DNA of 63,793 bases, the filler included, from Octopus bimaculoides (Eukaryota): NCBI RefSeq assembly GCF_001194135.2. It is 4 parts of 4 records of this genome, joined end to end, with 100 filler letters (N's around TTAATTAATTAA, not from the genome) between each part and the next. Parts side by side here need not be neighbours in the genome. Positions count along the whole stretch, not along the records: positions 29,672 to 59,025 come from NC_068988.1; 3 more parts are not named here. One strand, 5' to 3'. The notes beneath the pieces are model-generated. The model did no database searches. It worked only from the letters and a program-made list of their open reading frames with translations, and was not told the DNA's origin. Position numbers and translations under genes: made by a program. Below, piece after piece: positions 37,039 through 50,678 of this stretch (position 1 is the stretch's first letter; each line of letters starts with the position of its first letter).

Positions 37039-38031
37039 NNNNNNNNNNNNNNNNNNNNNNNNNNNNNNNNNNNNNNNNNNNNNNNNNNNNNNNNNNNNNN
37101 NNNNNNNNNNNNNNNNNNNNNNNNNNNNNNNNNNNNNNNNNNNNNNNNNNNNNNNNNNNNNNNNNNNNNNNNNNNNNNNNNNNNNNNNNNNNNNNNNNNN
37201 NNNNNNNNNNNNNNNNNNNNNNNNNNNNNNNNNNNNNNNNNNNNNNNNNNNNNNNNNNNNNNNNNNNNNNNNNNNNNNNNNNNNNNNNNNNNNNNNNNNN
37301 NNNNNNNNNNNNNNNNNNNNNNNNNNNNNNNNNNNNNNNNNNNNNNNNNNNNNNNNNNNNNNNNNNNNNNNNNNNNNNNNNNNNNNNNNNNNNNNNNNNN
37401 NNNNNNNNNNNNNNNNNNNNNNNNNNNNNNNNNNNNNNNNNNNNNNNNNNNNNNNNNNNNNNNNNNNNNNNNNNNNNNNNNNNNNNNNNNNNNNNNNNNN
37501 NNNNNNNNNNNNNNNNNNNNNNNNNNNNNNNNNNNNNNNNNNNNNNNNNNNNNNNNNNNNNNNNNNNNNNNNNNNNNNNNNNNNNNNNNNNNNNNNNNNN
37601 NNNNNNNNNNNNNNNNNNNNNNNNNNNNNNNNNNNNNNNNNNNNNNNNNNNNNNNNNNNNNNNNNNNNNNNNNNNNNNNNNNNNNNNNNNNNNNNNNNNN
37701 NNNNNNNNNNNNNNNNNNNNNNNNNNNNNNNNNNNNNNNNNNNNNNNNNNNNNNNNNNNNNNNNNNNNNNNNNNNNNNNNNNNNNNNNNNNNNNNNNNNN
37801 NNNNNNNNNNNNNNNNNNNNNNNNNNNNNNNNNNNNNNNNNNNNNNATATATATATATATATATATATATATAGCCTTGTGTAGCATGTACTATGCAATT
37901 ATACATAGGCATACTCATGCACGCACAAATATACACAGTCGAAAACATGAATGTCCACTGAACTTTATTAAAGATGATAAGTAATCAAAAGCGACTGGAA
38001 AGAATACATATTCGTAGAACAGAGAAATAAT

Positions 38032-38245
38032 CTTTTCTACTCTAGGTACAAGGCCCGAAATTTGGAGGAAGGGGGCCAGTCGATTAGATAGACCCCAGTA
38101 TGCAGCTGGTGCTTAATTTATCGACTCCGAATGGATGAAAGGCAATGTCGACCTCGGCGGAATTTGAACTCAGAACGTAGCGGCAGATGAAATACCGCTA
38201 TGTATTTCGCCCGGTGTGCTAATGATTCAGCCAGCTCACCGCTTT
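38032..38245 (-). mobile_element. SINE family B, full-length with degenerate TSD
   Basis: Reverse complement of the family B pattern; acagagaaataat (38019-38031) / acagggaaataat (38250-38262). Confidence 0.9.
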
Positions 38246-38449
38246 GAGTACAGGGAAATAATGATTCGAACATAAGCTTATAACAGTGAAGATAATGAAA
38301 CGATGGGGTGGGGGAGGCGAAGAGAAAGCGGAGGGAGGGGAGGATGGGAGTGAAGGATGAGGAAAAGGAGAGATAGACGGGCCAAGGGGAGGAGTGAATG
38401 GAAGGAGCGGAGAAGGGAAAGAAGGGAGGAGATGGGGAAAAGTAGGAGG

Positions 38450-38600
38450 ACGAGGAGGAGGACGAGGACGTCGTCGACGACGACGATGACGACGTCAGCG
38501 AGTACCACGATGATGATGATGATGATGATGACGACGATGACGATGATGATGATAGCAGCGGCGGCAACGATGGCGACGACGACGAATCGATGATGATGCT
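38450..38600. repeat. (GAG/GAC/GAT)n low-complexity tract
   Basis: Direct inspection; explains the poly-Ser ORF. Confidence 0.9.
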
Positions 38601-39304
38601 GAGAGGTAGAGATGGTGGTAATAATGCTGATGCTAACGTTGAAGATGATATGTATTGATGTTCATAATAATGTAACGATGACAATTATTTGGGCCGGGAT
38701 TTTTCTTCAGTGTATGTACATTTATATTTATTTACAGAATGTTGGATCGGTTCCCTCTCTAAACATCATCGGGTCTCCTATTACCAAATCTGTACATTCC
38801 TCCCAGACTAGAGCCTTTATTTCGGAGCGTTAGGCTGTAACGGTCTTATCCAGTGAGCCGCCGGCGCCTAGGACGGATGAAGCTAAGGACGAATGTACAT
38901 GGTTGTGAAAAATGACACTCGATTACGATCGGAGATTGCATGGATCGAAAGTTAAAGTCAATATATTGTTAATACTACACTGTAAATATTAGATTAATAG
39001 TGCAGATAATTATAATCTGACTAACAAATTATTAATATAAAATCGTTGGACATTGAATAATGATGTCAGCACTGATCTTGTTACCTTGTGAGCTCAGCAT
39101 CCCTCACTCAGCCGAATGTGATCTTTTACTACATTATTTACATTATTTACATCTGACGGATATTTGTCCCCATCTTATTTGTTCTTAACACAACGTTTCG
39201 GCTGATATACCCTCAAGCCTTCTTCGTGTGTCTTGGGGATATTTCGAACCTGGGTTCCCATTCCTAAGATATTTTTCGGTGTTGTTGTTGTTATTATTAT
39301 TATT

Positions 39305-39337
<33 letters not shown>

Positions 39338-39341
<4 letters not shown>

Positions 39342-39405
39342 TCACTGCTTGGAATCGAACTCGAAATCTTGGGGTTAGTAGCCCGCGCTCTTAACCACTA
39401 CGCCA
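39338..39405 (-). promoter_or_regulatory. tRNA-like Pol III head (A box and B box)
   Basis: Minus strand: tggcgtagtgg (A box)-ttaagagcgc-gggctactaaccc (anticodon-like arm)-caagatttcga-gttcgattcc (B box). Confidence 0.75.
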
Positions 39406-39424
39406 GGTTCGAAATTTCCCCCAA

Positions 39425-39470
39425 GATACCTGAAGAAGGCTGGAGGGTATATTAGCTGAAACGCTGTGTT
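39425..39470 (+). ncRNA. Putative minimal hammerhead ribozyme (cleavage-site U mutated in this copy)
   Basis: gatac-CTGAAGA(39430-39436)-a-ggctgg..ttagct-GAAA(39458-39461)-cg-ct-gtgtt. Confidence 0.6.
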
Positions 39471-39649
39471 AACAACAAACAAGATGAGGACAAATATCCG
39501 TCAAATGTAAATAATGTAAATAATGTACATAATCCCTCATCTCTTAAATATAGAACTGTGATCTTTTATTGTTGCGTCACTCACTACTCTAATCTTTGAA
39601 TTGTTCTGCTCCGTCAGTCTTAACATACTGGCCTAGTGTTAAAATTGGA

Positions 39650-40330
39650 AAGCATTATGTAGTTCTTCCTTTCTCGATCATCCTCGATATTGTTCTTGCA
39701 TAGCCCCTCCCCCAATAGGTCAATCCTGATTTTTTCAGGGTTAGTCTCTCATTTACTTCTTTGACCAATAGTAATCTTTTAACGGAGTTGTCCCTCTCTC
39801 TCAGTTCTGATTTGATATAGCGTAGTCTCTCCTATTTTGGTCTGTCCTGATATCATTATTGTAGAGCTCCCCCCTCTCACACACACACACACACACGCAC
39901 ACTCAGTAAAGCCTGATCTTGTAACTATTTAGTCTCTCACTCATTCGGTTCACCTGATATTACAGTATAGTGTCTCCGCCTTCACCTCCGTTAGGGGAGG
40001 AAGGAAGGGGAAAAGTTCTTATTGTAAAACCCCACCTTCCTCTCTCGTCTTGTCACTGCGTCCATGTAATCGGTCTTCCCTCCGAATATAAACCCTGACT
40101 TTGTTACTCTATAGCTCTTCCAAACCCCAGTGTTACACCGATTGTTTCTTTATAGTTCTGGTTTTCTCTGGCTTTTGCTCTACTTGGATACCTTCTTCCT
40201 TCAGTGTTCAACGCTGATATTGATGCTTTGTGCTATCTTACTCACCAGCAGTCACATAAATCGAACTATGAAGTCCGATCAAAATTGAACTTCTGAATTG
40301 AAGTACTTGATCCAATCCATGAGACAGCAT
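39650..40330 (-). mobile_element. Possible very old CR1/L2-like ORF1/APE relic
   Basis: Minus-strand gacaagacgagagaggaaggtggggtttta loosely resembles the DRxxxxGGGV APE motif; weak. Confidence 0.25.
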
Positions 40331-40498
40331 ACCAACTTCCATAATGCCGAACACTAGATGTTTGTTGCTTTGTTTCTTGATTTGTTTCTCTGTATATTAT
40401 GGTGTGACCGTCCGCGCGCTCTGTGAGTGTGTAAATGTTTGTATAAATATATATATATAACACCGTATTTCTATTAACGTACAGACAGAGGATAAATT

Positions 40499-40553
<55 letters not shown>

Positions 40554-40601
40554 CATATGCACTCGCCATCACACACCATCACAAAAACATATACACACAC
40601 G

Positions 40602-40643
<42 letters not shown>

Positions 40644-40789
40644 CACAGACAAGAAAACACACATGCACACATAAACCTGTTCACACAAACGCACACACAC
40701 ACATATATATATACACACACATACGTATATATATGTCTGTTTATATATGTATACACACACACGCGTATATATATCTGTATATATATATG

Positions 40790-40820
<31 letters not shown>

Positions 40821-40840
40821 ATGCATGTATATCTGTAAGC

Positions 40841-40845
<5 letters not shown>

Positions 40846-40897
<52 letters not shown>
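40846..40897. repeat. (GATA)n microsatellite
   Basis: Direct inspection. Confidence 0.95.
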
Positions 40898-40898
<1 letters not shown>

Positions 40899-41417
40899 GC
40901 ATATATGTCTATATACGAGTCGGTGTATGAAGGTATCTATGTCCTTTTGAACGGCTGCCCCAGACCAATTCTATTCTTTCTCACCAAACATTCCTGTTTT
41001 CCATAATATTTTTTTCAGGTTTTTCTCTGTGCCACGAGACAGTTGTTGAATACACGCCATTTTGTATCGTTCGATAAGAGAATTCTCATAACACGGGATC
41101 CATATAGGGAGCTCATTCTATGGATTCCTTCGATAGTTTGTAATACAGGATGCATACATTATAACGAGTGGCATCTTCACAGCTGTGTGTATGTGTGTGT
41201 GTGTGTGTGTGCAGGTGTGTGTTGAGTTCTTGCTTCAATCGTAGTTTAACCGTTGTTCGCAGAGAACTCCTATCAAAGATGTTCCAGTCGTTAATATCTT
41301 TTCTTTCAAATACAGTATATCCAAGATGTCTATTGTCCAATACATTTTTTTCCCATTCATGAAACAGTAGGGAGTGATTGGAGCCAGCGTGAATCGATCA
41401 TGATGATGATGATGATG

Positions 41418-41449
<32 letters not shown>

Positions 41450-41863
41450 TTCGAGGACCACGACAACGACGACGAAGGCGATTGATAGCGGTGGTGCTGG
41501 TGATGGCGAATGAGGTGTTGTTGGCCGAGGTGCGCTGATGGCTCTGAAGGAACGGATATTGGTGGTGGTAGTGTTGGTGTCGGGAGTCGAGGGGGTTGAC
41601 GGTGGCGGTGGTGGTGGCCTTGACGTTGATTTATATCATTTTTCTCTTTACTCTTCTAATTTCGTTAAACATAAAAAACACAGTGATGAATGGAAAATAT
41701 TTTTTGACCCGTTAACCTTAAAAAAATATTCTGATAGATGTTTGTTTGTTTGTTTGTTTGTTTATTTGTTTCCTGCTTTGTGTCTCTGTGCCTTATTGAG
41801 TGTGTGTGTCTGTATATATGTGTGCGCGTGTGTGCGTATGCGCGGTGTAAGTGTGTGTATGTT

Positions 41864-41908
<45 letters not shown>

Positions 41909-42817
41909 CTGTGCTTCTATTAACGTACATACAGACACAAGGTAAATTATATACATATACATATTAAGTACAGATACATACATATATACATATATATGTT
42001 ATATACGTATACATATACTTATACATATNNNNNNNNNNNNNNNNNNNNNNNNNNNNNNNNNNNNNNNNNNNNNNNNNNNNNNNNNNNNNNNNNNNNNNNN
42101 NNNNNNNNNNNNNNNNNNNNNNNNNNNNNNNNNNNNNNNNNNNNNNNNNNNNNNNNNNNNNNNNNNNNNNNNNNNNNNNNNNNNNNNNNNNNNNNNNNNN
42201 NNNNNNNNNNNNNNNNNNNNNNNNNNNNNNNNNNNNNNNNNNNNNNNNNNNNNNNNNNNNNNNNNNNNNNNNNNNNNNNNNNNNNNNNNNNNNNNNNNNN
42301 NNNNNNNNNNNNNNNNNNNNNNNNNNNNNNNNNNNNNNNNNNNNNNNNNNNNNNNNNNNNNNNNNNNNNNNNNNNNNNNNNNNNNNNNNNNNNNNNNNNN
42401 NNNNNNNNNNNNNNNNNNNNNNNNNNNNNNNNNNNNNNNNNNNNNNNNNNNNNNNNNNNNNNNNNNNNNNNNNNNNNNNNNNNNNNNNNNNNNNNNNNNN
42501 NNNNNNNNNNNNNNNNNNNNNNNNNNNNNNNNNNNNNNNNNNNNNNNNNNNNNNNNNNNNNNNNNNNNNNNNNNNNNNNNNNNNNNNNNNNNNNNNNNNN
42601 NNNNNNNNNNNNNNNNNNNNNNNNNNNNNNNNNNNNNNNNNNNNNNNNNNNNNNNNNNNNNNNNNNNNNNNNNNNNNNNNNNNNNNNNNNNNNNNNNNNN
42701 NNNNNNNNNNNNNNNNNNNNNNNNNNNNNNNNNNNNNNNNNNNNNNNNNNNNNNNNNNNNNNNNNNNNNNNNNNNNNNNNNNNNNNNNNNNNNNNNNNNN
42801 NNNNNNNNNNNNNNNNN

Positions 42818-42856
<39 letters not shown>

Positions 42857-43593
42857 TATATACACACATACATCCAAACAAGAGTACTCATATAAATACA
42901 TGCATATTCTCCCGACTACTGACACATCCTGATCTTTGGTTTGCAATGTTCACCGATACAGTTTCAAGAAGGATATGTATACTCTGGACAGTAGAGTTAG
43001 ATTCCAAAAACTGTCCGTTCCTAGATGCATTGAACCGGAAGTAATAAACTATGTTTCCTGGTCAATAGAGCCCAACCCGTAAGTGGCTTTTATGTTTTAT
43101 GTCTTCTATCAAAACGGTAATCCGACAGTTATATTTTTTTCCCTTTTAATATCCATCTTTCTACAAGGATAATATTTTACCTGACTTGAATGAGTGGTTT
43201 TCTCATAGATCTTAGCACAAATATAGTTATGCATGTATGTATGTATGTATGTATGTATGTATGTATATATGTATGTATGCATGTATGTATTTATTCATAT
43301 AAGTACGTATGTATACGTAAGTATATGTGCATTTATGTATGTATGTATGTATGTATGTATGTATGCATGTGTATATGTGTGTATATATTTATGCATGTAT
43401 GTATGTATATGTATGTACTTTAAAATGTATAAATGTGTAAAAAAAAGCATATGTATTTGTATATTTACATATATCAGTGTGCGTGAATGTGACTGTGCGT
43501 ATCAATATAATCTACATACATAATTAGGCTAACAAACAAATTTTACTAATATACATACACGCTTGTATAAATATATATACATTTATATGTATG

Positions 43594-43631
<38 letters not shown>

Positions 43632-44785
43632 CGTGTGTGTGTGTATGAGTATATATGTATATATATAAATATATACATATATATATATGTATGCTTATAT
43701 ATATATATATATATAAATGTATACATATATANNNNNNNNNNNNNNNNNNNNNNNNNNNNNNNNNNNNNNNNNNNNNNNNNNNNNNNNNNNNNNNNNNNNN
43801 NNNNNNNNNNNNNNNNNNNNNNNNNNNNNNNNNNNNNNNNNNNNNNNNNNNNNNNNNNNNNNNNNNNNNNNNNNNNNNNNNNNNNNNNNNNNNNNNNNNN
43901 NNNNNNNNNNNNNNNNNNNNNNNNNNNNNNNNNNNNNNNNNNNNNNNNNNNNNNNNNNNNNNNNNNNNNNNNNNNNNNNNNNNNNNNNNNNNNNNNNNNN
44001 NNNNNNNNNNNNNNNNNNNNNNNNNNNNNNNNNNNNNNNNNNNNNNNNNNNNNNNNNNNNNNNNNNNNNNNNNNNNNNNNNNNNNNNNNNNNNNTATATA
44101 TATATATATATATATATATATCTTTGTGTATGCAATTATGCTATTATCCCTTTACATAACATAATCATTGCTTCTAAGTATACAGGATGAAGTGCGTAAG
44201 CGCTTATATGGCTGAATCTCTACTCCTTGATACGTGTATGTCTGTATGTATGCTCCTAGATGTATATGCGTTTGCGTATATGTGTAGGGTATTTGTGTGC
44301 TTTTTAACCCCCAAGAGATGTGCAGAGATGGAAATAACTTCAAGAAAGAAAAATAGTTATGAGTAATTATGTGTGGAGAGCGAATATGTGTCTACATATG
44401 TATATATACATACACACAAATATATATTTAGATATGTGTGTATGTATGCATGTATGTATATAAATGTGCGTGTGTGTGTATGATATGTATATAAGTGTAT
44501 ATATGTATGAATATGTATGAATATGTATATTTATCTGTCTGTCAATTATATATATATACATACATATATATGCGTGTATGTGTGTGCGTTTGCGTTTCTG
44601 CGTATCTGTGTGTTTATAGCCCGCTAGAAACTGAGTGCTCAATGCATTGTGTAGAGCATAATTATGTTTTCTTCACTGATGCTGTCTGCCGTCGCTTTAA
44701 CTTTTGCTAAATACCTGTTCCCCTCCGGGTGCATATGAGGGTCATGAGCCAGTTTCTCTTTAACCTTTTTCTCTCTCTCATTCTC

Positions 44786-44824
<39 letters not shown>

Positions 44825-45258
44825 CTAGCTATTTCTTTGTTTCTTCCTTTATATTAACCTACACACACATATACACACACACAGACACAGACACACACAC
44901 ACATACACACACATACACACAGATACACATACACACTTATACCATGTGTGCATACGTATAGGTAGATGACTGGGTTTATGAAAGTATGGGTGGATGTTTG
45001 AACCTCTATACCATCGACAAAATAAATATTCTCTTTTGTTTCAGCACTTAAACATAAATGTCCTTCATGTTCTCGAAGTATAAAAATACTTTTATATTGA
45101 CACAAAATTTCCTCGTCTCACTTCATTTGTCGTTTCGATAGGATGTTCCGTAAATATCGACTACGATTAATGTTCACTCATTGTTAATATTGATAACATG
45201 AACTGAACAAAAAATAGACAGACCGACGGACAAACAGACAGATACACAGACCGACAGG

Positions 45259-45315
<57 letters not shown>

Positions 45316-45430
45316 GTTGCTCTNNNNNNNNNNNNNNNNNNNNNNNNNNNNNNNNNNNNNNNNNNNNNNNNNNNNNNNNNNNNNNNNNNNNNNNNNNNNN
45401 NNNNNNNNNNNNNNNNCACAGACCGACAGG

Positions 45431-45487
<57 letters not shown>

Positions 45488-46242
45488 GTTGCTCTTAATT
45501 TATCTCCGAACATGTAATAATACTTAACAAAAATACTTTAATATAACACGTTTATATATTTGCACATTGACAAGGACCTGTATATATTTTCAAATGTTCT
45601 ATCGTGTCTGTCTATTTCGGTTTATGTAGCAAAATATATTTACTGGAGTTGAGTTGGGTCAATGGATACGCATTTGTCTTTCCTCCAAGTATTTTAATCT
45701 TACGCCATACTCTTCATTATCTGCTCTCCAATCTATCTGTCTCAATATTTCTCTCTCGCTCTTTCTTCTAGTGAAATTTTTCAATGTCTGTCACATTTTT
45801 ACTATTTTTCAGTTTCTTTCTATATTTACCTTTATTGCTGAATGTTGACAGAAGTCTTTGGAGTGTCTTTATTTCATCGAATTCTTTATGTTCTGTGTTC
45901 GAATCACACCCAAGTTATCTTTGTCAATCCTCCATTTAATGTCTACAAAATAATTGATCAGTCCATTATATTGGATTCGTGAATTTTTAGAGCGTTAGGA
46001 AAAATATTTAACAGTATTTCTTTGGGTCTTTTAATGCTCTAAGTTCAGCAGTGACGACATTGGTGCTATCTATATTGTCCCTTGCTCCCCTTTGAACAAC
46101 ATCGGCAGCAGAAAATGGAGAGAGTAATGTTGTTGTATGAGCAATTGATTCTTTTCCATTTATATTTTTGTCAAGGCCTGCGTTCTGGAGACTAACTTTA
46201 TAGATGCAGATAAATAGTGAGCTCTGCGTGTGTATGTGTGTA

Positions 46243-46362
<120 letters not shown>

Positions 46363-46397
46363 ATTTAAGTAAATAGCCACACGTCAATGTGTAAAAT

Positions 46398-46512
<115 letters not shown>

Positions 46513-47108
46513 GAAGCTCAGGACTCAAAGCAGAGACTGAAGGATTTTTAATTGCTGCACAAGACCAAAGCCTCCCCACCAGAAATTACCAAAAACACAT
46601 AATGAAAAGAAATATAACAAGTAACTGTGGAATATGTGGAGATCGACAAGAAANNNNNNNNNNAATACACACTGATAGAGAAATCAAGGAAATAGACCAG
46701 ATATAGTTGTCAAAGATCATGAAGAAAAAAATGCTTTCTAATTGATGTATCAATACCAGCAGATGACAACGTTTCTCTAAAAGAAATGGAAAAACTTTCA
46801 AAATACAAAGACCTGGAAATAGAGATAACTCGAATGTGGAATCTAAAAACAGAAACAATTCCTATCATAGTAGGTGCCTTAGGTATAATAAAAAAATATT
46901 CAGACAAATACATTACAAAAGCACCAGAACTTACAAATATATATAACATACAAAAAATTGCACTACTGGGTACTGCACACATTCTACGCAAAACACTTTC
47001 AATACAGTAAACATAAGAGCACCACAGCAAACCACAGCACATACCCAAGGCGCACAGAGCTGCGCTCGGTAGTGAAGTGAAAGCACGTTATAAAAATAAA
47101 ACTACTGA
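46513..47108 (+). mobile_element. R4/Dong-like family D1, 5'-truncated (zinc-knuckle start, RLE, 3' UTR)
   Basis: SGLKAETEGFLIAAQDQSLPTRNYQKHIMKRNITSNC; IDVSIPADDNVSLKEMEKLSKYKDLEIEITRMW...LLGTAHILRKTLSIQ stop; (TAA)n on both sides. Confidence 0.92.
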
Positions 47109-47110
47109 AC

Positions 47111-47162
<52 letters not shown>

Positions 47163-50100
47163 GAAACTGTGCAAAGACAATAAAATAAGGATAATTATAA
47201 TTTTAATGTAGCATAAATAGGTATTATGAAACAAAAATGAAAAGTACAGACACCGAATCGCTTGTCCTGTGCTTAATCTGGAAGCGCGTCACCCAGGAGA
47301 GAGCCAGCCTGCGGTCGAAAAGCCATCCACTGGCACAAACTCTTCTCTGAATACAAACCTGGATGGTCACTTGAACGGGACTTCCACCACACCCACCACA
47401 GAATGAAAGATGTGATAGAATCAAATGAACCCGAGAAGAGTATACAAAAGTGATTTACGCCTATTACTATGCATTAGGCTGGTTATCTGACGAGAAACAC
47501 ACTGCACACTCTTATCAAATATGGAGAACACGAAATGAAGACAGCAGATTATATCTGGACGAAAACAAGTTAGCAAAAGTTAGGAGGGATATCTTCAGAA
47601 ATAAAAGACTCACAGATAGTGAAATAACTGCGATCTAGCACGCAGTGTAAAATAAACTAAATACAAAACAGAAAGGAAATGATGAACCAGACGAAGAGAG
47701 CAACTCTCCATGAGCCTCAGTTGAAAGACTGCCATCTGACCAGAACACAAAAACGTCTGAAGAAATAAATTGTAATGAACCTGATAGAGATAACTAGGAA
47801 AGTGGTAAAGAAACAATATTTGAAGAGAACACATTTACTGAAGAATATAGAGCGTCTATGATTGAACTGAAGCAGAAAATCCTGAATAAGCTTACAGTTG
47901 TAAGACACGTCAATATCCATGATAAAGAACTATTTCATAAACTCTCAAATACAATCCAAAATAGAAAACAAATTAAAATGGGAAACTATGTGACAAAGGA
48001 AATTATATTAAGAACGAAAACCAGATCTCACTGAACTAAATGAAATTATTTATGCAGCTGCTAAGACGATTGAAACCAGTTGTTTGCCTCTGAAAAAAAA
48101 AAAACAAAGAAATAATACAAACCTGAGAAGAATTCCAAACTGGAAAAGTAAAATTGAAAAAGATATTGAAATAACGATAGGTGAAATATCAATAGGGAAT
48201 GAACTAAACTGTGGAAACGATGTAAAAACCAGAAAAGGAAGAAAGATGAATAGAAAACATAAATTCTCATCAAAAAATCCAAGCAAATGCTTAAAGAATT
48301 CGAAGATTTGACGAGAGGAAAAAACTTTTACAAGTAAAATAAGCTGTTCACATCCAATGCGAAAACATTCGACAGGGAAATAGGGAAGGAGAAAATAGCC
48401 GTTGAAGACACCACTCCCATGGAAGAAGTTGAAAACCTCTGGAAAAATATCTGGAGTGATGGAAAGACTAAAATTGAAAAGGCAGACTGGATTATACGCA
48501 CAGAAGGATCCTACCAAAATTTACCAGAACAAGCATGAAAAGACATCGCAATACAAGACATGAGGATGGCACTCACGAAGGCTCATAAGTGGAAATCCCT
48601 GGTAATGATAGGATGCCAAATTTCTGGCTCGCCTCGCTACCGTCTGGCTCGCCTCGCTACCGTCTAGTTATTCAATGAAATTATGAGAGATTCTTCGAAA
48701 ACACCTGATTGGTTAGCAACAGGTATTACTTAACAACTCTCGAAGAATAATGAAACCAAATTTCCCCAAAACTATCGGCCCGAAACATATCTCTCTACCA
48801 TGTATAAAATTCTAACAGCAATCCTCGTGGCTAAAACATTCAAATTTATGGGACAGAACTCTATTTTCCTCACTGTAGAAAAAGGGTGCCGACGAGGTTC
48901 ATGAGAATGAAAAAACCAACTCTTAATCAATTACATGATCCTTGAGAACTGTTATAACAAACGCAGAAACCTCAGCTCTGCATGGATTGATAATAAAAAG
49001 GCCTTCGATAATATACCGCATTCATGGATCTCGAAATCTTTGGATATCTTCACAATTTCTCCTATGATTTCAAACTTCCTGGAACACATGTCAATATGGA
49101 ATACGAATCTCCACTTTTACCACTAATGGAGAACTGAACACAAAAAAATACTAATATCAGCTGCGGAATTTTCCAGGGTGACTTACTTTTACCTTTAATT
49201 TTTTGCATAGCCATAATGCCCATTATAAGGGAACTTAACAGAACACGGTATGGCTATAAAATTAGCGATAAGAAAATAAGTCATCTATTTTATATGGATG
49301 AATTAAAACTCTATCGCAGAGACGATAATGAGCCTGAGGGACTACTCGTACTGTGAAAGCATTTAGTGATGACACTGGGATGGAATTTGGTCTGACTTAC
49401 TTTCACCTTTAATTTTTGCATAGCCATAATACCCATTATAAGGGAACTTAACAGAGCAGAGTATGGCTATAAAATTGGCGATAAGAAAATAAGTCATCTA
49501 TTTTATATGGATGTGGCAAGGCCATTTTCCAGAACGGGAAACTGAAGCCCTCACATTCAGTGGTGTTGGATGTTGACACAGTTATAAAAGAACTCGAGCA
49601 GGAACTAACTCACAAATACCTCGGAATAAATGAGTGCTCTGGCATTCAGCATGCAAGAAGGAAAGAGAAGATCAGGAAGGAGTGTTACAGGAGAGCTCGC
49701 GCAGTCCTAAAATCCAAGTTAAATGCACGTAACGAGTTGTTAGCTATGAATTCCTTAGCAGTTCCGATTGTTATTTACAGTTTCAATGTGTTGAACTGGA
49801 ATATGCACGAAATAAGGAAGATTGACAGGAAAATCCGTAAGCTACTGACTTGCAATAAGATGCACCACCCAGAAGCAGACGCAGATCGTCTTTACCTACC
49901 TGGAGCTCAAGGAGATCGATGCAAACTACCACAATTGGACTTGAAAAATACGGTGAAACATCTAGCGATTGGATGCTGAAGTACGTTGAAAACAGTGAAA
50001 GATATAAGCTTTATTCTGTTATTAAGGAGAGCAAAAACTTTTCGAGTGAATTTATGCTTAATACCCAGATTGAACAGCATGATGGAAGTGCAGCAGCTGT

Positions 50101-50597
50101 AGTTGCAAAGAAGGTGAAATCAATGGCGAATCAAAGTACGTTTGAACAATTGGCTGATAGGTGGGAACAACCTCTGCATGACAAATCTGTGGCCCGTAGC
50201 AAACAAGGTGATATAAGCCAGAAGCACACCCATCTATGGTTACGGAGTTCAGAGTTATAGGCAGAGAGTGAAGGATTTATCTTGGACGCCCAAGATCAGA
50301 GATTATTGACCCGGAACTATCAAGCAAATGTAATGAAAACTGGTGTGGACCCAAAGTGCCGATATTGCAAAGATGGGATTGGAAGAGTAGACCACCTAAT
50401 CTCTAGATGTAAGATGTTAGCACCTGTAGAGTACAAATTAAGACATGGCAGAGTTGGCCAATATCTACATTGGATAATGTGCGGGCAGAAACTGTAAGTA
50501 TTCTTTCGGAGTTTCCAGTATGTACAGACCGGACCATCAAAGAAAATAAACCAGATATTGTTGTTAACGTTAGAAGATGTGCAAAGGCAATGATAGC

Positions 50598-50605
<8 letters not shown>
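47163..50605 (+). mobile_element. R4/Dong-like family D2, near-full-length decayed non-LTR retrotransposon
   Basis: N-terminal Myb-like YAYYYA...IWRTRNE...LTDSEITAI; RT motifs NYRPET, WIDNKKAFDNIPHSW, GIFQGD, HLFYMDELKL, KYLGINE; zinc knuckle CRYC..VDHLISRC; RLE start KPDIVV then deleted; (TAA)n at both ends. Confidence 0.92.

Positions 50606-50678
<73 letters not shown>

Larger units (their letters stand above)
39129..39556. mobile_element. Foldback retroelement: tRNA-like head plus (TAA)n plus hammerhead-bearing PLE-type terminus, with inverted second arm and 12-bp TSD
   Basis: Arms 39130-39253 and 39403-39526 are inverted; tgtgatctttta at 39117-39128 and 39557-39568. Confidence 0.88.

Noticed and set aside
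38118-38684. 188-aa Ser-rich ORF
   Set aside because: Trinucleotide low-complexity tract plus a SINE; no domain.
39338-39405. Functional tRNA gene
   Set aside because: Lacks a proper acceptor stem and is embedded in a TSD-flanked mobile element; treated as a SINE-type head.
45245-45494. Duplicated cacagaccgacaggta(GATA)n-gttgctct block on both sides of a gap
   Set aside because: Identical sequence flanking a short N-run is typical of an unmerged contig overlap.
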